Source: an uncultured Ignavibacteriales bacterium (GTDB lineage Bacteria; Bacteroidota; Ignavibacteria; UBA10030; SZUA-254). From it: a DNA stretch of 64,000 nt. Made by a program: the position numbers and the translations under genes. Where the stretch lies: the NCBI GenBank assembly GCA_963714795.1, contig CAVQPS010000009.1, positions 806,709 to 870,708 of the forward strand. The letters are read 5' to 3'. The notes beneath the pieces are model-generated. The model made no database searches and was not told the origin of the DNA. It worked only from the letters and a program-made list of their open reading frames with translations. Positions 50,140 to 59,570 of this stretch are shown here, piece by piece. Positions within the stretch are counted from its first letter, which is position 1. Each line of letters begins with the position of its first letter.

Positions 50140-51267
50140 TCAAAACGTATAGATAAAATTAATACCGAGTGTTGTCTGAGTATCCTTCCATTGATCTTCA
50201 GTTTCAAAAACATTTTTGTCGGATGTATCGATTCTTGCATCTCCCCGAATAATAAAATGTTCCGATTGCCGGAATTCCGGTGTGAGCGTTAACTCCCGGA
50301 GTTTCTGAGCTGTTTTCGTACGCAAGCCATCACGGTCTTCGAATTGTTCTGCACGAAACGAAAGTGAAAAATCGGAAAAGAGATTCACACGGCAATACAC
50401 CGCCGCACCGAGCCAGACAGCATCTCCGCCATTCCCGGCAGAATGCTGTTCGACACCGTAGTCGCCGTTGATGCCTGTCGTTACGGAAGCATTGAATATA
50501 TATGTGCCTACAAAATCAAAGAGCTGACGATTGTCGCTGTTATTATTTGCCTTTTCCGGACCGAACATATAGTTGACGGATACATTCATGTTCGTTGTCG
50601 GATTGACAATCACCTGCCCGCAAATGCTTTTCGATGTGTTGCTGTCGATAGAGTTATCCCAGCCGTTCACGATCATCACCATCCCGGAAATTTCCTGATT
50701 GAAGGAATAGGAAGTCTTGATGCCCGTGTGCGTATACGGAATGGCGTATCCGAACAAAAAGGAATGGGAGTAATTATAGTTGTAACCATCGTATCCTTCG
50801 ATAACTTCATAACCCATCGTCGTGATGAATTTCCCGATGTCGAATCTCAGTCCATTACCAAGGGGAGCGATATAGCTGAGAAAGGTCTGATGAAAATCAA
50901 AATCACCGATATCAAATCCGCTTGAGCGTGCAACGTGGGGGATAGATGATCCGGCAACCATGTCGACCCGAAATCCTGCATCGCCGGATTTGATTACCGG
51001 GCGTTGGAAAACGAGTTCGAATGCGTCGACCTTGAAAGAATTATCGTCCCCATCAAAGACCCGATATTCGTTTTTCATCGAATCAGGTCTGTTGAAATTA
51101 TACGAATACGCCGATGAAAGAAAGCCGTTGATGGAAATCGATTCGTACCACGGTTGACTATGAGCGGAATCGTTCAGGACTTCAGCATGAAGGGAAACCG
51201 GACCGATTATTCCCAGAAAAATGAATAGAACGGTCCGGAATCCCGATGCCGCGGCATTACGCCGCAT
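50140..51267 (-). CDS. Outer-membrane beta-barrel porin-like protein, immediately downstream of amt
   Basis: Signal peptide MRRNAAASGFRTVLFIFLGIIGPVSLHA. Alternating amphipathic strands. C-terminal ...GINFIYTF. Its start overlaps the amt stop. Confidence 0.7.
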   Translation of the reverse strand: MRRNAAASGFRTVLFIFLGIIGPVSLHAEVLNDSAHSQPWYESISINGFLSSAYSYNFNRPDSMKNEYRVFDGDDNSFKVDAFELVFQRPVIKSGDAGFRVDMVAGSSIPHVARSSGFDIGDFDFHQTFLSYIAPLGNGLRFDIGKFITTMGYEVIEGYDGYNYNYSHSFLFGYAIPYTHTGIKTSYSFNQEISGMVMIVNGWDNSIDSNTSKSICGQVIVNPTTNMNVSVNYMFGPEKANNNSDNRQLFDFVGTYIFNASVTTGINGDYGVEQHSAGNGGDAVWLGAAVYCRVNLFSDFSLSFRAEQFEDRDGLRTKTAQKLRELTLTPEFRQSEHFIIRGDARIDTSDKNVFETEDQWKDTQTTLGINFIYTF

Positions 51268-52489
51268 ATTCTTCTTCTTGTAAATATGCTTTTTCACCGT
51301 GAAGTGATTCGTCGAGCCCCGCCTCTTCTTCTGCATGAGAGACGTGGACAGGCGTCACTTTGTTGATAATCCAAAGCACAATATACGTGAAGACAAATGA
51401 ATAAATTGCTGCACCGACGACTGCAACAATTTCTTTCATGAAAAACATTCCGTTGCCCAACAGTAAGCCGTTGGAACCGGAAGGATTCATAGAAATATCC
51501 GCGAAAATTCCGAGCGCGATAACGCCTAAACATCCGCCGACACCGTGAACACCCCAGACATCAAGCGCGTCATCCCATTGAAGTTTATTCTTCAGCGTAA
51601 TCGCGAAATAACAAACAATACTTGCAACGATACCGATGATGACTGCGCTGGTTGTCGTAACATACCCGGCGGCAGGAGTGACTGCCGCGAGCCCGGCAAT
51701 TGATCCGGTCAGCAAGCCGACGAATTTCGGCTTCTTCTCGAAAATCCATGCCATGAACAACCACGTGATGGCGGCGAACGATGCCGCAACATCGGTATTG
51801 ATGAATGCAAGAGCGGTAATGGCATCGACGCGGAGTTCACTGCCTGCATTGAAGCCGTACCATCCGAACCAGAGTAATCCGGTGCCGAGAGCGACGAGCG
51901 GAATGCTGTGTGGCCCGCGGTCCTGCACACGCCTCTTTCCGAGGAAAAACACCGACGCCAGTGCCGAAAATCCTGCAGTTGCATGGACGACAATCCCGCC
52001 GGCGAAATCAAGCACACCCCATTTTGCAAGCAGACCGCCACCCCAAATCATATGAGCCGCGGGGAAATACATGAACAACAACCAAAGGACAAGAAATATA
52101 AGATAAGGACCGAAACGGACTCTGTTGCTGAACGCTCCGGTAATCAACGCCGGTGTGATTTGGGCGAACATCATTTGATATGCCATGAAGACCCACAGCG
52201 GAATACTGTTCGATCCCGTGAATGCGGTGTTCAGATCAACTCCTTGCAGAAATGCGTAGCGCAGATCCCCGATGATTGCTCCTTCACCGCCGCTGAAACA
52301 CAACGAATACCCGAATGCATACCAGATAACCGTTGTCACTCCCATTGAAACGAAACTTTGGATCATAATTGCCAGAACATTTTTTCTTCCGACCAAGCCG
52401 CCGTAGAAGAATGCTAATCCCGGAGTCATCAACATCACCAAACTCGTCGCAACAAGCATAAAAGCAGTGTTACCAGTATCGAAATGCAT
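51257..52489 (-). CDS. amt: Ammonium transporter (Amt/MEP family)
   Basis: 410 aa, 11-12 TM helices. Family pattern including FAGGIVVHATAGFSALA and DVWGVHGVGG. Confidence 0.92.
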   Translation of the reverse strand: MHFDTGNTAFMLVATSLVMLMTPGLAFFYGGLVGRKNVLAIMIQSFVSMGVTTVIWYAFGYSLCFSGGEGAIIGDLRYAFLQGVDLNTAFTGSNSIPLWVFMAYQMMFAQITPALITGAFSNRVRFGPYLIFLVLWLLFMYFPAAHMIWGGGLLAKWGVLDFAGGIVVHATAGFSALASVFFLGKRRVQDRGPHSIPLVALGTGLLWFGWYGFNAGSELRVDAITALAFINTDVAASFAAITWLFMAWIFEKKPKFVGLLTGSIAGLAAVTPAAGYVTTTSAVIIGIVASIVCYFAITLKNKLQWDDALDVWGVHGVGGCLGVIALGIFADISMNPSGSNGLLLGNGMFFMKEIVAVVGAAIYSFVFTYIVLWIINKVTPVHVSHAEEEAGLDESLHGEKAYLQEEEYAA

Positions 52490-53039
52490 AAGAAACTCCT
52501 TATAGGTAAATGGAAAAATAATTCGAAAAGAACATTGAAGAAGGCCGGGTGATCATAGTCTTCTTATTGAACAATGAAGATTGTTAATGATGGAACGAAG
52601 AAATGATACGTAATATACGGAAAACACAAATGAGGCGAAAGCGATAACAGAAAAATAAATCGATGAAAATACAGACAAGAACTGTCAAATAGACCGTTTG
52701 TGCATCATTTTTCTGTCCAACCAATCTTCAATGGTGAATTCGAAAAGATAGAGATCACAACCGGGTTGACAATGGAAAAAACCTTCCCTACCTTAGTTTC
52801 ATCAGGGAAAATAAGCCCATTCTTGTTCTTAGCCGAATACTGTTTGATTTGTTCCGTTTCCTTCCGTTATGAGATAATGGTATGAAGTGTATCGTTATGT
52901 TCCTACGTTTTGTTCGTCACGGTGTCGTCGGTGAGAAGTATAAGATGGGGCATCAGTTTTCCTTTGCAACAGGATATTTTTTTATTAATTGGCCGATGAT
53001 CGGTTATATCGTTCACTATCAGAAATGTCGGAGACCGTG

Positions 53040-54530
53040 ATGCCGAAAATACTTCTTCTTTATCCACCTTCAAGAATTCAATATCACCAAAGCTGTCCTA
53101 TGGGAATTCAGTTGCTTGCTTCGGTTCTGGAAAAACATGGATACGAAGTGATTCTTCTGGATGCCAATGCGGCGAAGAAAAAAATGGATAGCCGGCAGAT
53201 TATTGAATTTGCCTGCCGCGTAAAACCGGATGTCATCGGCATGACCTTATTGACTCCGATGATCAGAGAAGCGTATGCGCTGGCCCGAAGTTTAAAAAAA
53301 TACGGGTTCAAAGTATTAGCCGGCGGTCCTCATGCAACGCTCATGCCGGAAGAAACCGTGCAGCAAGGATTCGATGCTGCGGTGATCGGGGAAGGTGAAA
53401 CGGTGATTCATGAAGCCGTGCAGGCGTTGATGGGTAATATTCCCAAAGATCAAGTTCTCGGCTGGGTCTATCGGGATGAACAGAATAATGCGGTCATGAC
53501 GGCTCCGCGTCCGTTCATTACTGACCTGGATACGGTACCGTTGCCGTCATATCACATGATTGATCCTGCGTTGTACGGCGGAAGAGTCGATGGTGTTCTG
53601 CACGGTAATATTTTCAGTTCGCGCGGATGTACGGCGAAATGTTCATTCTGTTCGGGACAATTATTTGGGAAGAGATTCCGGTTCCGGTCTGCACAAAGTA
53701 TTTTGAACGAAATCGAATATCTTCATACCACATACGGAACAAGCGAATTTCATTTTGTGGATGATGCAATGACGCTCCACAAAAAGAGATTGCGCGAGTT
53801 TTGTGATGGTTTAAAACAACGGAATCTCAAGATCGGGTGGACCATCATGACGCGCATCGATGCGGTTGATGAAGAATTTCTTACGGCGATCAAAGATGCC
53901 GGCTGTTCACAGATCGACTATGGTGTCGAAAGCGGACATCCGCTCACTCTCAGGAAAATTCACAAGCCGCATACCGTCGACATGGTGCGGAACGTCATCC
54001 CGATGACAGCCCGAGTCGGAATAACACCGAATGTTTTCTTTATTCTCGGTTTTCCATGGGAAGACGTTGCGGCACTGGACGATTCTCTCCAGCTGATGAA
54101 AGAACTCGCACCGAACGTCGGCTCGTTCCATCCGGCCGTTGCATCGATTCTGATCCCGTTCCCGGGAACGGAAATTTACGAGCAATATAAAACCGAGTGC
54201 GGGTTCGAAAATTGGTGGCTTTCCGAAGAAAAAAATTACGATACGCTGGTTCCCAAACGAACATCATATTATGAAGGGAAAATATTCCACCTGGGGAATA
54301 TTCTCAAGGCAGATTTCTTCCACTACAGCCAGCCGATGAAAGATAAGATTTACGAGATTTTTGAATTTATGTACATGCATAATCTTTCATTATCCCAATC
54401 GCTGCAATCGAGAATTCAACAACGGCTTATTGCGGTTTCAAAACGGCTGACTTCGCGTTCTACTGTTGCCGAACGATTAATGTTCAAACCGGTCTGGACA
54501 TTTGAACATATTTTGAAAGCAGTTCGATAG
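53040..54530 (+). CDS. B12-binding domain radical SAM protein (class B). The start is alternatively at 52989.
   Basis: N-terminal cobalamin-binding Rossmann region (ILLLYPP...GYEVILLDAN...VIGMT). A CTAKCSFCS (CxxxCxxC) radical-SAM cluster motif. Confidence 0.8.
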   Translation: MPKILLLYPPSRIQYHQSCPMGIQLLASVLEKHGYEVILLDANAAKKKMDSRQIIEFACRVKPDVIGMTLLTPMIREAYALARSLKKYGFKVLAGGPHATLMPEETVQQGFDAAVIGEGETVIHEAVQALMGNIPKDQVLGWVYRDEQNNAVMTAPRPFITDLDTVPLPSYHMIDPALYGGRVDGVLHGNIFSSRGCTAKCSFCSGQLFGKRFRFRSAQSILNEIEYLHTTYGTSEFHFVDDAMTLHKKRLREFCDGLKQRNLKIGWTIMTRIDAVDEEFLTAIKDAGCSQIDYGVESGHPLTLRKIHKPHTVDMVRNVIPMTARVGITPNVFFILGFPWEDVAALDDSLQLMKELAPNVGSFHPAVASILIPFPGTEIYEQYKTECGFENWWLSEEKNYDTLVPKRTSYYEGKIFHLGNILKADFFHYSQPMKDKIYEIFEFMYMHNLSLSQSLQSRIQQRLIAVSKRLTSRSTVAERLMFKPVWTFEHILKAVR

Positions 54531-54592
54531 AACAATGTTGAAGATGAGAAAATCGCAGCGGTGAGCGGCTATCAGAGATCATTGCAACGTAG

Positions 54593-56134
54593 CTATTTCA
54601 TCAATACCATTTTCTTGGTTTGAACGAATTCACCTGCTACAATTCTGTAAAAATACACACCGCTCGGAATATTTGCAGCATTCCAGCTAACGGAATGTTC
54701 TCCCGGTTCGTTCTTCCCATTTACCAGCATTGCTATCTGAAGACCAAGGACATTGTAAACATTCAGAGTAACATTACTTGCCTTTGCGAGAGTGTAACTG
54801 ATTTGCGTGGTGGGGTTGAAAGGATTGGGATAATTTTCCGATAAATGATAACTAAATGGAGCGTTGGTCAAATCGTGGACACCCTGAACATTGGAGTACG
54901 TGAACACCCACACAGCTCCCGCACCGTCACCGTCAGCATATCCGCCAACAATAGCAGTTGTGCTATCACCGGAAATCGAGACAGAACAACCTTGATATAC
55001 AGTAGTTTTAAACGTGTTGACTGCACTTGTGCCCACAAGTTTATTTCCCTGCTGCGTCCAAACGGAATTGCTGCGGGTAAACATCCATGAAGCTCCGGTA
55101 TCGCTATTGTCAAAGGGCCCGCCCACGATTGCAGTATTTCCGTCTGTGGAAAGAGAGACAGCACTGCCTTGAAATGAAGTCCCCACCGCCCCTGTGCCGG
55201 CAAGTTTACTTCCCTGTTGACTCCACACATCACCGCTTCGTGTGTACACCCATGCAGCTCCGATACTGTCGTTATCACCAGGTCCGCCCACAATTGCAGT
55301 ATTTCCGTCGGCAGAAAGAGAAACAGAACTGCCTTGAAATGAAGCACCCACGGCACCTGTGCCTACCAGTTTGTTCCCCTGTTGACTCCATACACCACCG
55401 CTTCGGGTATAGATCCATGCCGCCCCGGTATTATTATTATCATTTGACCCGCCCATGATTGCAGTGTTACCGTCAGCGGAAAGAGAAACAGAAGCACCTT
55501 GAGATGGAATTCCCGATGCATCTGTCCCAATGAGCCTGTTGCCTTGCTGTGTCCACACACTGCCGCTTCGGGTATAGATCCATGCTTCCCACGTCGCATC
55601 GCTGCTGGAATTACTAAATTCCGATCCACCGAAAATTGCAGTGTTCCCATCAGCGGAAAGAGAGACAGAGCTACCTTGAAGCAAACCGTCAAAACCATCA
55701 ATGTCTGTGCCGACAAGTTTTTCTCCCTGTTGCGTCCATACACTATCGCTTCGGGTAAATATCCATACAGCGCCTCTGGAAAAATCGTCACCGGGCCCTC
55801 CAACCATTGCCGTGTTACCGTCAGCGGAAAGAGAAACAGAAGATCCTTGAGATGGTAACCATATTGCGCCACTGCCGACCAGTTTATTTCCCTGTTGAGT
55901 CCACACACCACCGCTGTTGGTATACACCCAGGCGGCTCCCATCAACGTGTTGTCTTCGGGCCCACCGACAATTGCCGTATTTCCGTCAGTAGAAAGAGAA
56001 ACAGAATAACCTTGATTTGCATTCCCCACAGCACCGTTGCCGACAAGTTTGCTTCCCTGTTGAACGAATTGTCCACGTGCACCGGATAACATCAGGAAGT
56101 AAAGAGCAATTAAAACAAACAGTGGAACTTTCAT
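54593..56134 (-). CDS. Secreted eight-blade FG-GAP-like (FG-GAP_2 type) beta-propeller protein with a T9SS C-terminal sorting domain
   Basis: Signal peptide. Eight repeats of about 48 aa (WTQQGNKLVG..QGSSVSLSADGNTAIVGGP.DN..GAAWVYTRSGGV). The C-terminal NYPNPFNPTTQISYTL...SGVYFYRIVAGEFVQTKKMVLMK is the Por/T9SS CTD pattern. Confidence 0.8.
   Translation of the reverse strand: MKVPLFVLIALYFLMLSGARGQFVQQGSKLVGNGAVGNANQGYSVSLSTDGNTAIVGGPEDNTLMGAAWVYTNSGGVWTQQGNKLVGSGAIWLPSQGSSVSLSADGNTAMVGGPGDDFSRGAVWIFTRSDSVWTQQGEKLVGTDIDGFDGLLQGSSVSLSADGNTAIFGGSEFSNSSSDATWEAWIYTRSGSVWTQQGNRLIGTDASGIPSQGASVSLSADGNTAIMGGSNDNNNTGAAWIYTRSGGVWSQQGNKLVGTGAVGASFQGSSVSLSADGNTAIVGGPGDNDSIGAAWVYTRSGDVWSQQGSKLAGTGAVGTSFQGSAVSLSTDGNTAIVGGPFDNSDTGASWMFTRSNSVWTQQGNKLVGTSAVNTFKTTVYQGCSVSISGDSTTAIVGGYADGDGAGAVWVFTYSNVQGVHDLTNAPFSYHLSENYPNPFNPTTQISYTLAKASNVTLNVYNVLGLQIAMLVNGKNEPGEHSVSWNAANIPSGVYFYRIVAGEFVQTKKMVLMK
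54850..56050 (-). repeat. Tandem ~144-bp coding repeats (8 copies) inside the propeller gene
   Basis: A recurrent DNA block, e.g. gt(a/g)tt(a/t)ccgtc(a/g)gc(g/a)gaaagagaaacagaa, at 55311, 55451, 55641, 55811, 55971. Confidence 0.85.
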
Positions 56135-56916
56135 ACACTTCCTCTAATAATGTGGAACTCGTGACGGCTTAGGGTTTAAGAACGTAATCAGAGACAGAAT
56201 GTACAGGGGTGATAAATCATGGTAACAAATCGGGACATCAATTTCAAGCTTGGCTGTTTCATCGTCAAAAAAGGATGACGTGAGATCGGTTTGAGGCGGG
56301 ACGATGTATCTTCACTTTTGTTACGATTTCTTAGGAAAACATATTCCATCCGTGTTTGATGGTTTTTTGCTAACTTCCGTAAACCGAACGGCGGATGACG
56401 GAAAATGACAAGGATTCGGGTTTTCAACCATTTCTCCAAATGCGACGGTAGCTACCCGTCTGTTGCGATTTACCCGATACGTTATCGTCTATCAAGTATT
56501 GGTTGTTGTTCCACAAAAAAAAATGTATATTCTCCGAAATAATGCATTACTGCAAGGTGCAGTATATCTTACCATCAACTCATCCTATACTGTAGCTTGC
56601 ATTGAATCGGTTGAGTGTAAAGGAGGGAACGGGAGATATGATTTCTGAAGGAAACGGTGATGCACATAATGATGTTTCACTCTGCAGAGCGAAACTATTC
56701 GGTTCAACCGGCATCGTTATCTGTTTAGTGAATTATGTCGGTTGTCGATATCAACTTTCGTTTGATGATAAACATATTTGTGTTCATCCCAAGAAAAAGG
56801 AAATAGTGTTAAATACCGAACAAAAGAATAAGAAATAGTTTATTGTTCAGTATCGTGCAAGCCAAATTGGAATGTCAATCAAAAAACATTCCCAATTCTC
56901 TGAAGTCGTTTAGGAT

Positions 56917-58266
56917 TTATTTCCCGCTTTCCAGGTTAGCCACCGCCTTCTTGACCCGTTCATTATGAGGATCGAATTGCAATTCCATTTTGTAATAGTG
57001 TAATGCATTTTTTCTATCGCCCGATTTCAAATACACTTCTGCTAAACTGTCGTACGTGTTAGCGACTTTCGGAAAAAGATCAACATTCATTTTAAAAAGA
57101 TTAATGGCAATATCTGTTTTGTCGGCAACGAGAAATTTATATCCGAAAAAATTTAAAAAACGGTCATCATACGGCAATCTTGCCTGTGCTGCCAGTTGTT
57201 TAACGTTTGTTCTTACATAACCGAATCCTTTTTCGCTGATGATTTTATAGAAGGTCATCTCGAAAGGCAATTCCAGCGGGGGATAGGATTCGTTCTTGAT
57301 GATTGAGCTCAGTCTGTGAGCTATTTCATCGGCAATGGATCCGGTATTTGCCATGACGACAAATGAAAAACCGTTTTTCTCGTTGTAATAGATGACGGAA
57401 TTCCAAAATGGAGTTCCGCCGGCAAACATTCCCGTCCCATATGTTTTTCCGGAGGGCAATTTGCTCTGCAATTTTGCTTCAGCAAATCTGAGAAGGTTGT
57501 CTATATTTGTATATGCACCTCCCGCCGGTGAGCTGTTGGAAATATCGTCTATGCTTTTTTTGTTTCCTTCAAAGTCAATATCCGTTCCGAAAGCACGATT
57601 AGTTTGTTTTTCTTTTTCGGCTTTTGTATAAAATATATTTGTTAACCCCAACGGATTTACAATTCTCCTTGTAAGATTTTCTGTATACGTCATTCCGGTT
57701 ATTTTTTCGATCACGGCACCGAGAACTGCATAGCCGGAATTAGAATATTCCCGGTTTGTACCGGGTTCAAAAAGGAGCGGTTCGTTCCTGATGATGCCGA
57801 TCAAATCGGTTAAAGAAAAATCGTGAGATTGTATCTCATCAAATTTCGGGTCTTCTAAAAAATCCCCCAACCCCGCTTTCATATCAAGAAGTTCCTGAAT
57901 AGTAATTTTGTCTCCGGATGGAAATCCGGCAAGATATTTGCTTAACGGATCATCATAAGAAAGCTTCTGTTCTTTTACTAACTGATGAATGATTTCTTCG
58001 GTGAATTGCTTGTTCAGCGATCCGATGTTAAACAATGTATTTCGGTCAAGGGTTCTTTTTGTTTGCCAGTCGGCATATCCAAGTCCTTTGAAATAGAATT
58101 CTGTTCCGTTGTGAGAAACAATCACAAGCCCTGAAAATATCCCTTTATGAAAAGCGTCGGTCAACAGAGAATCTGTTTTTTGTGTGATGCTTTCTGTTTG
58201 TTGAGAAAAAGCAATGGTAGCATGCATGAGGAGGGAGATGCATGCGATGACTATTTTATTTTTCAT
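56917..58266 (-). CDS. Serine hydrolase (beta-lactamase/transpeptidase fold) with a C-terminal TPR-like domain
   Basis: Signal peptide. SLNK (SxxK), YSN, then helical repeats at the C-terminus (YDSLAEVYLKSGDRKNALHYYKMELQFDP). Confidence 0.75.
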   Translation of the reverse strand: MKNKIVIACISLLMHATIAFSQQTESITQKTDSLLTDAFHKGIFSGLVIVSHNGTEFYFKGLGYADWQTKRTLDRNTLFNIGSLNKQFTEEIIHQLVKEQKLSYDDPLSKYLAGFPSGDKITIQELLDMKAGLGDFLEDPKFDEIQSHDFSLTDLIGIIRNEPLLFEPGTNREYSNSGYAVLGAVIEKITGMTYTENLTRRIVNPLGLTNIFYTKAEKEKQTNRAFGTDIDFEGNKKSIDDISNSSPAGGAYTNIDNLLRFAEAKLQSKLPSGKTYGTGMFAGGTPFWNSVIYYNEKNGFSFVVMANTGSIADEIAHRLSSIIKNESYPPLELPFEMTFYKIISEKGFGYVRTNVKQLAAQARLPYDDRFLNFFGYKFLVADKTDIAINLFKMNVDLFPKVANTYDSLAEVYLKSGDRKNALHYYKMELQFDPHNERVKKAVANLESGK

Positions 58267-58630
58267 TGTTCACCGGAGGTAATTGTTTTTTGGGTTGTTA
58301 GATTATACGCTTACCAGCCCAATATGGTTGCAACCGGCATGATTATCGGTTAACTGACAGGCAGGTTTTCTGTTACACATGTTTGTTGCCGTTTGACAAA
58401 AAAGGATGTATATTTTTTGGTGGGCAGGACAATGATTCACCTATATTATGCCGCAATTCACTGTAAACCCTTTCAAAACGACATACTATATCGCATCATA
58501 CAGTATATATTGGTTAGCCAGCGTGAAACAAAATAGCCGTGCGAAACCATATCATACAAAGTGCACAAAAAATTTGTAGATTGTAATATCAAAAATTACT
58601 GAGAAGTTCACAAACCAAAGGAAAAAAATC

Positions 58631-59554
58631 ATGAATACATCGTTTCTTATTCTGTTGTTTATTGCAATAGGAATTGCCTTGCTGACGGCTAAAGCAAGGA
58701 ATGTCTCGTATCCCATTAATTTAAAAAAAATCGGATTTGCAAGTCTGGGGTTGGCAGTATTAATCATGATTTCGGAATCTTTTACGATTATCGATCCGGG
58801 ATACGTGGGGGTTCCTGTGACGTTCGGCAATGTCGGTTCACAGTCTCTTCCGGCCGGCATTCATCCGATCTTTTTTTTAACTGACGTTTATAAAATGTCC
58901 ATTCAAACGAAAGACTACACCATGTCTTCGGTGCATAACGAAGGCAATAAAACAGGTGATGATGCTGTCGCCACACTCTCCCGCGATCAGCTTATTTTAA
59001 AATTTGACGTCAGCGTCTGGTATCATTTAGATCCGGCGCAAGCAAATAATGTGTACAGCAATATCGGGCTTGACTATGAGGAAGTGATCGTGAGGCCCGC
59101 CATTCGAACATCTTTGGTAAATGCCGCCACGAAGTTTGTCGCCAGCGATGTGATGTCTCTCCAGAGAGATGCCTATACCAAGAGCGTGACTGAATTATTG
59201 TTGCAGGAATTGAACGGGAAAGGTGTCATTTTGGACAATGTGCTTATCAGAAATGTCGAACCGCCGGCAACTGTCAGCGATGCTATTGCGGCAAAACTAA
59301 AAGCTTCTCAGGAAGCGCAACAGATGGAGTACACGATACAATATGCCCAGAAAGAGGCGCAGCGAAAAGCAATTGAGGCGCAGGGAATTTCCAATGCTCA
59401 AAAAATAATCGACAATGGTCTAACACAGAATTATCTGGAATGGTATTACATCTCCCAGCTCAAGGACGTCGTGAATAGTCCCAATAACACGACCATCATT
59501 TTGCCGTTCGACCAAAAATTGATTCCGCTCTTGAATATTCCGGGCAAGAAATAA
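58631..59554 (+). CDS. SPFH/Band 7 (prohibitin-like) membrane protein
   Basis: N-terminal TM segment, then an SPFH domain (GYVGVPVTFG..., VIVRPAIRTSLVNA) and a coiled-coil EAQQME...EAQRKAIEAQGISNAQ. Confidence 0.8.
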   Translation: MNTSFLILLFIAIGIALLTAKARNVSYPINLKKIGFASLGLAVLIMISESFTIIDPGYVGVPVTFGNVGSQSLPAGIHPIFFLTDVYKMSIQTKDYTMSSVHNEGNKTGDDAVATLSRDQLILKFDVSVWYHLDPAQANNVYSNIGLDYEEVIVRPAIRTSLVNAATKFVASDVMSLQRDAYTKSVTELLLQELNGKGVILDNVLIRNVEPPATVSDAIAAKLKASQEAQQMEYTIQYAQKEAQRKAIEAQGISNAQKIIDNGLTQNYLEWYYISQLKDVVNSPNNTTIILPFDQKLIPLLNIPGKK

Positions 59555-59570
59555 TCCGCACCGATTCTTG

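Noticed and set aside
54850-56050. Regularly spaced ~144-bp direct repeats, considered as a possible CRISPR array
   Set aside because: The repeats are long, imperfect and in-frame protein-coding (FG-GAP-like blades), there are no unique spacers, and no cas genes are present.
56602-56838. 78-aa ORF and neighbours in the 780-nt gap, considered as genes
   Set aside because: There is no RBS, no motifs and odd composition. They are retained only as a region of interest.
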